From the NCBI GenBank assembly GCA_964247055.1, contig OZ176059.1, forward strand, positions 806,001-870,000: DNA of 64,000 nucleotides, in the 5' to 3' direction. Positions within the stretch are counted from its first letter, which is position 1. Every line of letters starts with the position of its first letter. Positions 26,211 to 39,789 of this stretch are shown here, piece by piece. The position numbers and the translations under genes are program-made. The notes beneath the pieces are model-generated. The model saw nothing but the letters and a program-made list of their open reading frames with translations, was not told where the DNA came from and searched no databases. This DNA is from Paragordius varius (lineage: Eukaryota > Animalia > Nematomorpha).

Positions 26211-29200
26211 TAAAAATATATTTTACGTTTTTATACAATAAAATCTCCAAAAAAATTTGTAGCAATAGAGTTTATACATAATAAAATAGCGAAAATTCGA
26301 GATTTTTAAATTTGAAACTTTATATATGCATAAATATATATATATATTATCAATATAGTGATTCTTCTGGAAATATGTTTAATGTGGTTACCTCTTCCAA
26401 TACTACAATCGTATGTTCAGAAAAGTATGTATTTATACGTATAATAAATTGTAATATAATTAAATGTATATGCATTATTTATTGGAAAACTCAATAAAAA
26501 ATTTAAAAGTTCCATATATTTAAAAAATAAACGCCTATTACAAAAATTTCAAAAAGTAAGGCGATATTCAAACATACATCTATATAAAACCGATTATAAG
26601 CAAAAACTAGTCATTTTTCACGCCATCTATATGATTTATTTTATAATTAAAATTGTAAGTTTCCTTCTTATATTTAACACCCTAGTTTTCATTGGAAACA
26701 TATAAAATAAAAATTTTAAACCTGGTCGTTAAACTTTAACCTTACTTTTGTGCCTTATTTCTTAAAATTACTCTCATTATATTATTTTATCTCTAATCAT
26801 AAAGAAAAAACCCCAAGTCATTGGATTAAAGTGAAAGATTTTTTATTCATGTGTCCAAATTATACAAATACTTAATTAACCAAAACTAGTCTCGTTAAAT
26901 GTATAATATATATATATATATATATAGTGATGTTCTGAATTTGACAAATCTCTTTGTTATATACCGTAATTGCCACGGAGAAGCTCCAGCAATTGTGATT
27001 GCAATAAATCCAAATCTGACACATTCCCATTCGAGCTAATCAATTTTTGGATATTTTACCTTATATTTGAAATATATATAATGCCCTATAAGATTATATT
27101 TTTATGGTGTGCAGTAACAATCAACCTAATCATATTAAAAATAAAAATTTACACTTGATATATACATTTATGTATAATAATATGTCAAAAAAACTGATGC
27201 CCACCCCCAGTTTAAGGGGCACATAAAAAGGAATATAGCTAGGGGTTGTTAGGATCCATTTTAGTTAGTACGATTAGTTACTCTTGGGATAACCTTAAAA
27301 TACTCCAAAAAATGCTAAGTTCAAATTTAAACAGAGTAGTGGCTTTTATTAAAAAAAATTGTCCTTATATATATACCTACAATTCAACACCCTTGAACAA
27401 TTCAAATTGACTCTCGAACAATTCAAATTTACCCTTGAACATTCAAACCTATAAAAAAATTTTTCGGCCTAAACTCATCATTAATATAAAAATTATTATA
27501 ATGGCATAGTTCATAACTTTTTCAGTATATTAAATTTAAACAATATTTGATTTTTTAAAAATATTAAAATTATAGGTAATTTTTAATTTTTTCATGCATT
27601 TCGTTTTTTTTTCATATATATAACATCAGGCTATTTTAACAGGTTACAAAAATCAAAACCTCAGAATAATCAAATAATATATATAATATGACAAAATTAC
27701 TGGTTTAATAGTGTATATGGTAAAAAAGGAGACATATTAGGCCTAAATTTGCGATAAACCGATTTTGATTTACAATACAAGTTGCTAGTGACTAGGAGCC
27801 TAAAACCAAAAGCACCATAAAAATCCTGTTCATTTTCTACCAAAATATTGGTACTTTTTTGTAACTCCAAAATTAATATAAACTTGATAATATTCACTAT
27901 TCTACATAATTTGTAAAAGCGTCCAAAACATAATAGAGATATATCTTTATCATTATAATCAAATTGTCCCCTTGACCATCTAATTATCTCTTTAGAGCAT
28001 CTTGAAATATCCTAACAACATTTCATTAAGGTAGGTCGAGAACAATTCAAAATTAACTTTTAAGTTCAATTTAACTCTAAAAATATGGGAATGTCATAGT
28101 TTAATAGTTTGGTAACATAACAAAAAATTTAGATTTAATTCAAGGGTAAATGACCTATGGATAAATATGATATGTGTTAGAATAATATTTAGATTAAAAA
28201 CTAAAATATAGGGAACGTAAAAATATAGAGATAATTTTTTTTTCAAAAAACAACATACTTTTTTACTTAATTTATCATACAAAAATTATTTTATATTACA
28301 ATCGTAAAATACATTATTAATTAATTGTGTTACCAATTTACATCTCTATTTCATACTTTGCAATTTAAAACGATCAGTTTATCTAACCAGATAAACATTT
28401 AAATGTATAGATGTCTTTTAGAAAAAAAATTTGTCTTTATATTCTTAAGTTTTGTCCGTATAATTTCCATTTTTACTGTTTTTCTAAACCATGATGTATT
28501 CAACCTAGGGTAGAGCCCTATGGACCCAAATTTTTGATACACTAGAGATAGCTTAAATCATTATTTGGAGAATAATTATCTTTAAAGCTACTTTATTTTG
28601 TACGGTGGCGCATTTTACAAAGGGTGAAGCCATCCGCTGGGTTAAAATGTTTGCCTATATTCCAAGAATTCCTATAACCACTCTTGATTTTTTATGCTAA
28701 GGAAGCTATTTCAAAAAAGATGCCCGGCTATAGTCGGTACATAATGTAATTTTACAAATTAAAAAAATAATAGACCTAAACGTTTTTCAAAATATTATCT
28801 CGAAGCCAAAATTTTACATTTTTAATTATATATATATATATATATATTAAAGTATCAGAATCGTAACGCACAAAAAAAGACCGCAAAGAAGTAAAAAAGG
28901 GGTGTATTTGCAAAATTCACAAAAATTTTTACTGTATAAAAGTATTATACTACTGATGAACAAAATGGCTAGTCTTTAAACAAAAAATAATTACTTTCAT
29001 CATCAATTTTTCGTAATATGTCACTAGTAAAACGTTTTTGAGAGAAAAATAGTCTGCTTCAAATGGAAACATAAATATAAAATTAAAATTTCAATTATAA
29101 AAATTTATACAGTACAAGTAGGTATACATTCCTACTGTTTCATTATTTATTGCCCGATAACATAAATAGCAAAGAGCAGATAGTGTTATTCGCTTATAGT

Positions 29201-29266
29201 TATTTTTTCATTAGTTACTACTATTGGCCAATATTAATTTGCTTCGCTGTATATGCTTTTTGACAA

Positions 29267-30990
29267 TCTATCTATTTATAAAAATGGAAGGTGGTGGCTT
29301 TGTGATCTGTTTCCGGAAAACCGGTACCATTTAAATTCATATATATCCAAATAATATAATCATTAATGAATGTCCCAACAATAGCTTTGCCCTTTTTTGA
29401 ATTAGGCCCCCAGTTCGGGCCCACCCCATGTAAAAAACGGTTTTTTTTGAAAACACAAGTCCACAAAAATCGTGTCTTTGAGACAATTTTTCCGAAAACG
29501 TGTTGGACCATTTGATTTCAAATATGATTTTTTAAACTTATATTCGATTGCGCCGAACATAGTCGGCTCGCTTCTTTAATTTAGACCCTCCTTTAGCCCG
29601 CTCCCCCCGTAAAATTCCATTTTTTTCAAAAAAACAAAGTCCACAAAATAATTTTTTGAATCTATTTTTCGCCCAAGGAATGACACCGTAAAAATAATAA
29701 GAATCCCAGGTATTCTCTGTTAAAAGGCAAATCAAGCGCGTTTTTTCTATCAGCCTCTGGGTAGGGTGCTACCCGCCTAAAACTGCGCCACCATATCAAA
29801 ATTGCGTTGTTTAGGAGTTTATTTTCAAACTTATCAGGCCACAGAGTTCTCTAAGAGCTTGAAATATTACCCGTAAAAAGCCAAAAATTTAAGTCGAGCG
29901 GTTTTTTAAAATTTCCGGTTAATTAGGCCCTTTACGCCCTAAAAATGCGCTATCATTGAACTATTATTTAATTTTAAAGCCATTCTTCCAAAAACTATTA
30001 AGAACATATTGAATGAATAATGATTCCAGGTATTCCCTTATAAAGGTAAAATTTTTTATCGAACATCTTATTTATATGGCTTTAGGGTAGGGGGCTACCC
30101 GCCAACAATTGTGCCACCATATATATATACAGAATGACTTTGGAGGCAAATTTTAGAAATTTATCAGGCCATATGGGTTCAGTAAGAGTTTAAAATATTA
30201 CCCGTAAAAAGGCAAAAATGTAAGTAGAGCGGTTTTATTAAATTACCCCTTAATTAGGCCCTTGCCCTGAAAAATGCGCCACCATAGAATGAATTTTTGG
30301 TTTGAGGCAATTTTCCTAAATCCCACGAGAGCATATGGAATCAATGATGATTCCAAGTATTTACCGTAAAAGGTAAAAATTTTAATCTAGCGTTTTTTTG
30401 TTTCGCCCCTGGTTAGGGGGCTACCATAAAACTGCGTCCCCATATCGATACATACCTTTGGAGCTAAATTTCAGAAAATCTATGAGTCTAATAGAAACAT
30501 ATAAAATTCATGTTCCAGATATTTCCCATATAAAAGCAAAAATTTTGCCCAGCGGTTTTTTATGCCTGCCCCTGGGTTTGGAGCTACCCAAAAACTGCAC
30601 CACTCTATAGAAATTGCGTTGTTTTGGAGCTAATTTACTGAAAATTTATGAAGTCATATGAGCTCATTAAACGCTTGAAATATTATCCGTAACTAGGTAA
30701 AATTAATGTCGGGCTTTTTTAAGTAGCCGTTAATTTGGAGCCTTTATGCCCTAAAACGCCATCATATAACGATTATTTAGTGTTCAGGTATTTTTTCAAA
30801 TAGCCCATAACACGATGGTATCAAAGATGATTTTAAATATTTGTCCTATAAAGTCAAAGATTTTAACTCAGCGCTTTTTCCATATAGGTCTATGGGTAGG
30901 GGTCTTCCGGTTTAAAATTGAGACGCCATACAAAAATGCCGTGTTGAAGCTAATTTTCAAAAAACTTAAGAAGCTATACGAGTTCAGTTA
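29267..30990 (+). mobile_element. Non-autonomous Helitron with internal tandem array, 3' end missing
   Basis: A|TCTATCTATTTATAAAAATGGA 5' end. 29267-29740 is the reverse complement of 51490-51897. Then ~160/320-bp tandem units (GGGTAGGGGGCTACC..) start near 29760, 30084, 30415, 30573 and 30894. Confidence 0.65.
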
Positions 30991-31029
30991 AACATATTTC
31001 TGAAGAATTCTTAAAATATCATTCTTTCC

Positions 31030-32191
31030 ATTAAAAAGGGATCACATATGAATTACTTTTTATATCCCTTGATCCAGCTGTATAATTAACCTGTTAATAA
31101 ATGGAAGATTCCAAGTCGTCACTCAAGGTCATTATGGAAATATATTTTCAACTACTAGAGGAGTCAAACAAGGATGCCCAATATCCCCAAAAATATTTAA
31201 TCTCATTACAGATAAAATTTTAAAAGAAATGGAATGTGAGTTAAGCTCCTACAAAATAATGGCATATGCTGATGACATATGTATAGTTAGCGAATCAATC
31301 GAGTCCCTTAGATCTTGCATCGAATTATTAGCAACAAAATTTAAAGAAGCAGGTCTGATATTAAATATGGACAAAACTAAAGTTATGACAACATCCGAAT
31401 TATCAATTAAAAAATTTCCTCTCACAATGGGAGAACTTGAAATAGTAGACAAATACAAATACTTAGGAGTCTGGTTCTCTAAAAAAGGATGTATAGATCT
31501 AAACGCAATGAACAGATTGAACAATACCCAGGAAATATTCGGTGAAATGCGCCAACTCTGGAGTTCAAAAATTCTTAGCAAACAACTGAAATTACGACTT
31601 TTTAAGGCATGTATAATAACAAAAATTACATATGGCTTCTCAGTATGGCCAATAAAAAGAAAAACCTTACACAGAACTCAAATATTCATCAACAAAGCCT
31701 TAAGAAAAATAATGGGATATTCCTATCAAAACCACTCATTAATATCCAATGCAGCACTTTACGCCGAAACAAAATGCATTCCCTTAGAATACGCTATCCC
31801 CCTAGCAGGATTAAATGTTATGGCTCATCAAATTAAAAGATCTAACATAGGCCCACTGTGGGAAGCGCTATCATGGAAAGATAATAACACCGAAAATTAC
31901 AAACAAAACAAAACTACTTGGCTAGGACGCATCTTAACATTTCTTTCAAGATTCGATTTGAATGAAAACAAATTTATTCAGTTAGTTAAACAAAACAATT
32001 GGAAGAAAACGGCCGAAGAATGCAAATTACAAATAATTGCTATGTGTTTGTTAGACCACGAGGAAAAGAAAGAACAAAAAAAGCTTAGAAAAATTAAAAA
32101 ATCAAGAACCGATAATGATAATATGTGGATAACGCTTACACTCGAGACCTTAGGGTTCCTTTTTTCTCTTTATTCTACTTTGCGAAATTAA
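31030..32191 (+). mobile_element. 5'-truncated non-LTR retrotransposon (RTE-like) reverse transcriptase
   Basis: Frame open from 31073 to 32191 with GVKQGCPISPKIFNL, YADD, GLILNMDKTKVM, YKYLG and KLRLFKACI..ITYG. Confidence 0.88.
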
Positions 32192-32209
32192 AAAAAATAT
32201 ATATATAGT

Positions 32210-32305
32210 ACAGTAGCATATGGTAAATAATTCAAATAAAATAAAGTTTATAATTAATTAAAATTAGGTTACAAATCTTAATCTTTTCTTACCATACGCT
32301 ACTGT
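32210..32305. mobile_element. Small TA-flanked MITE family C
   Basis: TA|CAGTAGCATATGG...CCATACGCTACTG|TA. A longer copy lies at 38108-38272 and a partial copy near 53330-53430. Confidence 0.65.
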
Positions 32306-33168
32306 ATATAACGAATTTAATTTCCAAAACAGTCTAAACTTATAATAATTTTAAAATAAATTTTTTGGAACTTTAAAAACTGTACCTTAAATAAATACGA
32401 TAACACTAACTGAATCAAAATACTTTACGTACATCAAACATTTTATTGCAAATAACTGGATTTAGAAACAACCATTTTTTTCTCCTTTGAAGATAACTAA
32501 TTAAAACATCCATAAAATATAAATAAAAAAATATTTCAATATAATAAAGGTAATCTTAATAAATTTTTTGAATAAATGTAAACAAACCGATATAACTTTA
32601 AATATAACTTCCTTATTTATATTAGAATAAATCAAACTTTTGTAATCAATGCCCCGTGAAGGCTATGCTGTGAAGGGGATTGGGGAGTCTTGTGCAGACT
32701 GAAACTGTCAAGTTAGATTGATCTTGTTTCACCCCTGATACTGATACTGAAATAAAACTTTTAACCTAGATTTCGTAAAACGAAAATCTTAAAATAAATC
32801 CTAGGGACAGTTTAAATATGGTCAATTTCGAGTAAACAATATTTGAGCCTATGCAAAAACCAGTAAAAGAATTAGTTATTTTTTTATCTTACCTTTTATT
32901 GCAGATTATTAAGAATAATTATCGGTGAGACTACGTCACATCGTAGCGTGACATGGCCAGCTATTATCCAATAAAAATTAACAATCTACTCATACTGTAC
33001 AAAATTATGATACAACTGTATATTTGTATGCCTAGCAGATCTATGGCGAAAAACTGTGTGTCATATTGCGCTTTGATGTAAGTGGCAATAATAATTAAAA
33101 AAGTTGCAATGTATATTACTCATATTGTAATTTTTAAAAATGTATATAATGTAATAATTTATTTATCA

Positions 33169-33801
33169 TCAAAAAAATTTGACACCTTCAAGCCCATCTT
33201 GATTTATAATTTGGGCTTTATGCATACTTTCAAGTCGTTTCATAACAAGTTGAAAGAATTTTTTCGGCATTCCAAAACATGGCGATGAAGAACTGTTTGT
33301 TTGATTACCATTATCTTGCACCATAGGTGCTTCTAAAAGTTCATAAAAAGTATAAACACCATTTTTAAATCCATTGCTTAGGGCCCAGGTATGGATTCGA
33401 TCTGCCCATTCATTCAAAGACAACCAAAAAACAATCCCCATACCGGTACCACCACGTGTTTTATTAGTTCCTTTCTCTTCTGTAATCCATTGAAATTGAC
33501 CTCGGTGACAAAGTTCATCCAATATCAAGGTAATAGCTTCTAGACTTAGTTGCTTACCAATACTTTCATTCCGAAACAATGTAATAATTGGCGTTTTTGC
33601 CGGTGATTGATTTACATTATTTTGGCTTAGAGATGATGATGGAAAAGAATTTGGATTGATATAAAAGCATTTAAAATGACTACAATAGGAGATAACAAAA
33701 TGGCACCAGGAATCAATTTGTTTTAATCGTGTAGCCGGATTCGGTTGTAATGTGTAAAACGGTGGAAAATTATATAACCATATGGGACGAAATTCTCCCA
33801 T
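33169..33801 (-). CDS. VPS25: Vacuolar protein-sorting-associated protein 25 (ESCRT-II subunit), intronless, 210 aa
   Basis: YNFPPFYTLQPNPATRLKQIDSWCHFV (cf. FPPFFTLQPN..TR.KQL..W), LFRNESIGKQLS, EWADRIHTW..NG..NGVYTFYEL and the C-terminal KAQII..DGLEGVKFF. Confidence 0.96.
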   Translation of the reverse strand: MGEFRPIWLYNFPPFYTLQPNPATRLKQIDSWCHFVISYCSHFKCFYINPNSFPSSSLSQNNVNQSPAKTPIITLFRNESIGKQLSLEAITLILDELCHRGQFQWITEEKGTNKTRGGTGMGIVFWLSLNEWADRIHTWALSNGFKNGVYTFYELLEAPMVQDNGNQTNSSSSPCFGMPKKFFQLVMKRLESMHKAQIINQDGLEGVKFF

Positions 33802-34066
33802 AAACTAACACTTTTTTGCATCTTGCCTTTATGGGCGTACCTTGTGGATAATATGGAATTATTTGATATGATTGGCTTTAAGTTCACGTGAAGGTACATC
33901 CAAAAATGATGACACTACGCAAAACTATTGTACACCTACTCAATTGTGTTTTGATATGAAAAAATGCGTCTAATACAATGGTAAACCCTAACGATACTCG
34001 ATTTGATAGAGTAACAAATATAGCAAGTATTAAATTTATTTTATTTTAGATCTGCCTCATAGCAAT
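33802..34066. promoter_or_regulatory. Putative bidirectional promoter/5'UTR region between VPS25 and the orphan gene
   Basis: Only 265 bp separate the divergent ATGs. CACGTG E-box at 33885-33890; an acceptor at 34049 suggests a 5'UTR intron. Inferred from geometry only. Confidence 0.4.
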
Positions 34067-37000
34067 ATGAACGGTACATCAGATTTTTTTTCCTACGAAG
34101 GAGTCTCTGACACTGATAACTCAGAAATGTCAGAACTTAGTTTTTCATCTACCTCATATTCTTGTTGCAGTTTGTGTTCATGCTCAGATGAATCCAATAT
34201 ATTATCCGACAATAATTTATGTTACGATACTAATGCTGAGAACAACAATAATCAATGCAAAATAAATGCGAATCAATTTTATAACGATAAATACGTATCG
34301 AACAATGGGATTGTTAATGAATCAAATTACCATAAATTGATTAATAAATTAACGGTATTACAAGATTCGATATTGAAAACTAATAATGTTGTATCTCCAA
34401 CAACTATAACGGAATCTCCAATGGGACCAATTGCTAAGAAACATACTACAGTATTTAAAGTATTAAAACCATGTTGTCGACATATATTACCATTCTATTA
34501 TCATCATCATATATATCGTGATCATTTGGTAAAACATTACATGAATATAAATTCATCCAAGTTACATCACTATTCAACATGTATTCTATTGAAATTTGAT
34601 AAAAAAGTTAGTATATTTACTTTGTAAAAATACGTAAAGTAGCCTTTTTTTCCCACAACGTTTTTTACAAGTAACTAATTTCTAACATTTATCTATAATT
34701 ATTTGTACTTTTTCCTAAGTTTACAAGTAAGGGGTTATATAAAAAGGGTCCATAACTTTATACTTGACCCCATTTATATAATATTGATTAATGCAAAAAG
34801 GCTCTTTTTATTTAACTATTGTGATTTTTAGCTCTTTTTAAAAAAAATTAATTATATTTTTAGAAATGTATACATGCCAAAAATAATGCAAAGTTATTTG
34901 CCAAATTTGTACGTCGTCTGCGTAATAAACATAATCGCCATACATCACATGATGATATTGAACGCCTGCCAGACGATTCAAACAAATCGGTCAATACCAA
35001 TACTAATAATGAACAAAAACATTATTTAAGAGCACCTGAAAGTCACACAGAAAAAACCAATTATATAGTGGCGGGAGCTCCCCATAATTCACCCATCCCT
35101 GATGGCAGAAATCATAATAATAGCCTTAAATACAATTATTTGATTGATACTCAACATTCAACTATAAGTACGAATCAAGATCAACAATCATCGTCCACCC
35201 AAAAATGGACGTTAAATTATCCTTCCATTGAACCATATCAATTGGCTATTCAACGTTTATTATCACAGAGTCGATTGAGTAAGCACTATGTTAATGCCGA
35301 AATAGTTTCGCTACAAAATTTGGAGTTTCGCAATGGCTCCAGTGGTCATCATTATACATATTTTTTCCCATCTACCACAAACCAAAACGATGATAAATTG
35401 CTGGATGAAGCTCATCATAATTTAACAGGGCAGCACAAGAATAATGCTGTGTGTGCTGCTTTGTTATCTATCCTGTCTTCCTCGCCCCCATCATCCTCAT
35501 CATCAAGTACATCCCCATCATCAACGGCACCCTCCTCACCCATTTTATCTACCTCAAATTTGGTGCCGTTTAATGATGACCTTAACAATCAGTTAGATAA
35601 GGATGTAATGCAAAAAACTCGTTTGGCCGCAAACGATAATAATCGCCAGGTTGTTCGTTTGAAAGACGGAGACAAAAGTGGAGAAGCAATACCATTACCG
35701 CCACTAAATGGTATAAATTGTATGTTTAAATTTTAGTAATTACATATATGCCAAAAATGTTTTGTAAAAAACGCTTGACCGCACAATTTTTTTATCGCCT
35801 CCAGCCTTATAAAATAGGGGTTAAAGGATCACCTTAAAAAATAAATGGTATGTAATGCGTTTCAATATTATTCAGATTTTTGAAAAACACGGAACCGTAC
35901 AAATTACTCGTCTCAACTACTATCAAAAGAGTTTTAAAATTATTAATTCAAGATATATAAGTTGCACACCGAGTTTTGGTATTGCATTGACAAAAGCACT
36001 CTTAGATTTGGGTTTGGGTCATGGAAATTATATTTTTATAAACTTTATAAATTAATTTTGTAAACATTCAATTCATAAGGATTTTATCATATATTTACTT
36101 GCATTAATTTATTTCATTGCCCTTATTTTTTTATAAAGATAAATTATATCAAGAAGACAAACGCATTTACCCTCATTCGACGTGTCATCCAACAACTAGC
36201 CTTACTAACAACCCAAACCAAAATTCATTTGCTGACAATAGACGTTATAGAAATGATATTAACTTTTTGTCCAATGACCATGAAATGAATAATATCAAGC
36301 ATGATAAACAAAAAGATAATAGTATAAAGAGGGCACCGCGTCCCAGAAAATTAACATGGCATCATAGGCATCATCATAATCCACATATCCATGCACAACG
36401 CGATCACCCACATAATTTGCAATCCCTGGGTGCAACTATTCATCAGTAAGCTAACAAAAAAAGTGTTTTTAAAATTTAAAGTAGACCTATCATAATTACC
36501 CCCTAAAAATTGCAACCTATTATTTAAATCATTATGAGCTTTTGTTGAAAAATAATGTTAAGTCAATAGTTTTGAAACAATGAAGTTTTTTATTAATCAT
36601 TTTTTTCATATATTATACAAATGTAAAAATTTAATCATTATATTTTTCTTTGACTCATTATGAGAGCTCAAAAAAATACCTTAAAGCAAATTTACCAAAA
36701 TATTAGTGCTTTATCAAAATATGGGAAAAGCTTGCATGGTGCCTTGCATGAGTTATATTAGTTTAAATGAGTTGTTTTTCAAGAGCCTTTTGAGGTTAGT
36801 GTGCACTGTTGTGTTTACACTATTTAAGAGTAAAAATATTAACAAAACTTAAATTTATAAAGTAAAAAAACTTTTCAATATACTACTATATTTTTGAGAT
36901 GTTTTATTGTTTTTAACATGGTTTTTACTGATATACCAATTATTATACTATAAAATAATACATGATAATTATGAGATTATAAACTGACGTTTTTTTTACA

Positions 37001-38076
37001 TTATATAATTTATCCATAATATATACAACTCTTTAGATCTACAAAATATTCAAAGGCACACCAATACCAGAATGCACTAAACTCGTATAATGGTCAAAAT
37101 TTACGAGATCTACTAGCTACCAATAAGCAAACATCATTACTTACTGACACTACAAGTATAAAAAATTACATTACAACAATATTTGTTGTACGAAATAACT
37201 AATAGAGTTGTAAATTGGTAGGACATTCAATCTTAGATTTCACCATTGTAATCACACATTTATATAGTTAGGTAGGGTAAGGGAAATCAAGACTCCGGAT
37301 ACGGAGTTTTTTACCCCAAAGTAAATCATATTTATAACATATTCATACTTAAGGCGATATTTTACGTAACACTTGGCCTTTTGTGCAAATCATATTTTAT
37401 AGATGATTAGATAACTCGCCTTTGCCATTAGGTCCCCCGCCAACGTCGCGGGGAAATAGCAGGCCCATATACAGTATGCATTTTTATGGCTGCTTATTTC
37501 ACACTATAGTAGGAGCAGTAGTGTATGGAAAAAGCAACAAAATGTTGAATAAACAATTATTTCCTTTCTTTTTTCCATACACTCATGTGTTACAAATCGC
37601 CGTGCTATAGTGTGAAATATGCAACCATTAAAATGCATACTGAATTAACCATAAAAAATATATATTCTTTATATAAAAAAATTGTCTTTTACTTTGTATG
37701 TTACTTATCGTTACAGAGTTGTAAATTGTTAACACGTTTAAATATTTAATTTTAAGATTTAAATATGTTTTTTTTTCAAAAAAACATCTATTTTCCTCTT
37801 ATATTTTGTGTTTATAATTTTAAATATTTACTATATTTGTTAGATAAATATTGTTTTGTTGACCAAAGGACAAAGAAACAAAATTCCTCCAGTGTTGCTG
37901 TGTTAGATGAACCGTTTGAAATTTATAATTACATTGTTGATTGTATGAATAACAGTAATAATCCTAAAAATTATCAACATAATAATGATACTTTTTATAA
38001 TCATGGTAATCAAAACATAAACAATAAAATTTATTTGTTATCCAAACGTTGTCAGGGCCGTTCATACTCAGAATAA
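34067..38076 (+). CDS. Uncharacterised Asn/Ser/His-rich low-complexity protein, ~633 aa
   Basis: Exons 34067-34606, 34864-35710, 36139-36445 and 37869-38076 join with compatible phases (0, 1, 2) through GT-AG introns (1902 nt). No recognisable domain. Confidence 0.72.
37472..37642. mobile_element. Tc1/mariner-type hairpin MITE family B (intronic)
   Basis: TA|CAGTATGCA...TGCATACTG; homologous to 25453-25633. Confidence 0.75.
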
Positions 38077-39789
38077 TTTTGTTATGGTTCATAAGAAAAA
38101 TTAATTTACAGTGGCGTATGACATAAAACAATATTAGTCCATAAAAAAATAAAAATTTCCAACAAACATGGGGACATTATGGATATGTGTAAATTCATCT
38201 AGGCTTGTTTTATTAAAAAAACATTTTTTATTCTTTTATGGACTAATAATGTTTTATGCCATACGCTACTGTATATTCAAATTGAAGTTTTTTTGCACAT
38301 ATTTTTGTTAGCCGCTCTTTTATACAGTATGTTGTGTAATAACTCAATATACTTGGAATTAAATGTGTTTTTACTTAACGTTTTATAAAATTGATTTAAA
38401 ATTTTGTTATGCACACACGTATTCATAACACCATCACCACACCACTCTTTGGCTATGTGGAAATTAATAAAATTGTAATACATTTTTACTTTTCCAATCA
38501 CGAAAAAATTTTTTTACCTATACCTATGACCTTTATCATTATATTTTTTTGTTTTGTTTTCAATATACCCATGTTGTTAAACAACTACTTTATAATCACA
38601 CTATATTTCATATTTAACCCTAATATTGATACGTAACTTGGTATTCATTTTGCAAATCCGCATTTTCAATTTTCGCTTTTCCATTAATTTAATATACGTT
38701 ATTAAAGCAAAAAACTAACTGGTATTTTTGCAAAAATTAATACTTGAGGTATGCTTGAAAAAATTTTGGTAATAAAAAAAGTTAAACTAGCCCTTGTCCT
38801 AGAATTCGATGAAATCATGTTTTTAATGCAAATAATTTAACTTCAATCATGGTTATAATATATTTTTGCCAAATAATAAGCCGTTGTGCGTTAATGGTCC
38901 AAGCATAATTTCTTTGTTTTTATTAAATTTTAAAAAACGCACAAAAATTTAACTTTTGCAATATAATTGTACCCATATATCACTCACTTAAATCTTTTAT
39001 TATCATATTTTTAACTCTGGGCTAAAATTATGTATATCTGTTGTCCCATTAATTTTTACACAAAAACGGATTGTTAGTTAAATGATTGATTGATTTTACG
39101 ATCAAATTCGACTCATCCATGTAAATATTAATCACTTTATATTGATATATTTAACAAAGTTTTCAAACAAAATACCTTTCCACACATAGCCAAGTTTTTT
39201 TTTACCGACCGCACAACTATTTATATGATTGTTATTACTTAATAACTATTATTTCGATTTGTGTCCTTGTGATTTTTATCCCCATATAAACTTCAAGTTT
39301 ATTTATTATTATATCATTTTATACATATATATACGCTGCTACTATTCAAATGCAAAATTGATTAATGTTTTTGGAACACACAACAAAAAGAAAACTGCCT
39401 AAAAAGCATAACTTGTATTGTATACTACCAATATCTTTTTTACATCTTTTGATATTCTGTTAAATATAATTTTGATTGAATGAAAAATGTCACTTTTCCA
39501 TAAACTTTCAAAATTGTTAAAAACGGATAATATACGTATGCGTCTTTCCATTGCTCCATTATTGTGAAATTTTTATAATTCACTAATTTATTTTATATGG
39601 TCTACCATTTATCGCTCCTCCCCCCGTATATGTTTAAATTGTATTATCAATAAATATCATATTTTAACTAGTTTACATATTTTTTGGTTTTCTATTTTAA
39701 AGCAATATTGAGTAAATGTATTAATCAAATTAATAATATGATAGTTTCTATAGCTTTTGGGTGCATTGTAAAATGAAAAATTGCATAAA

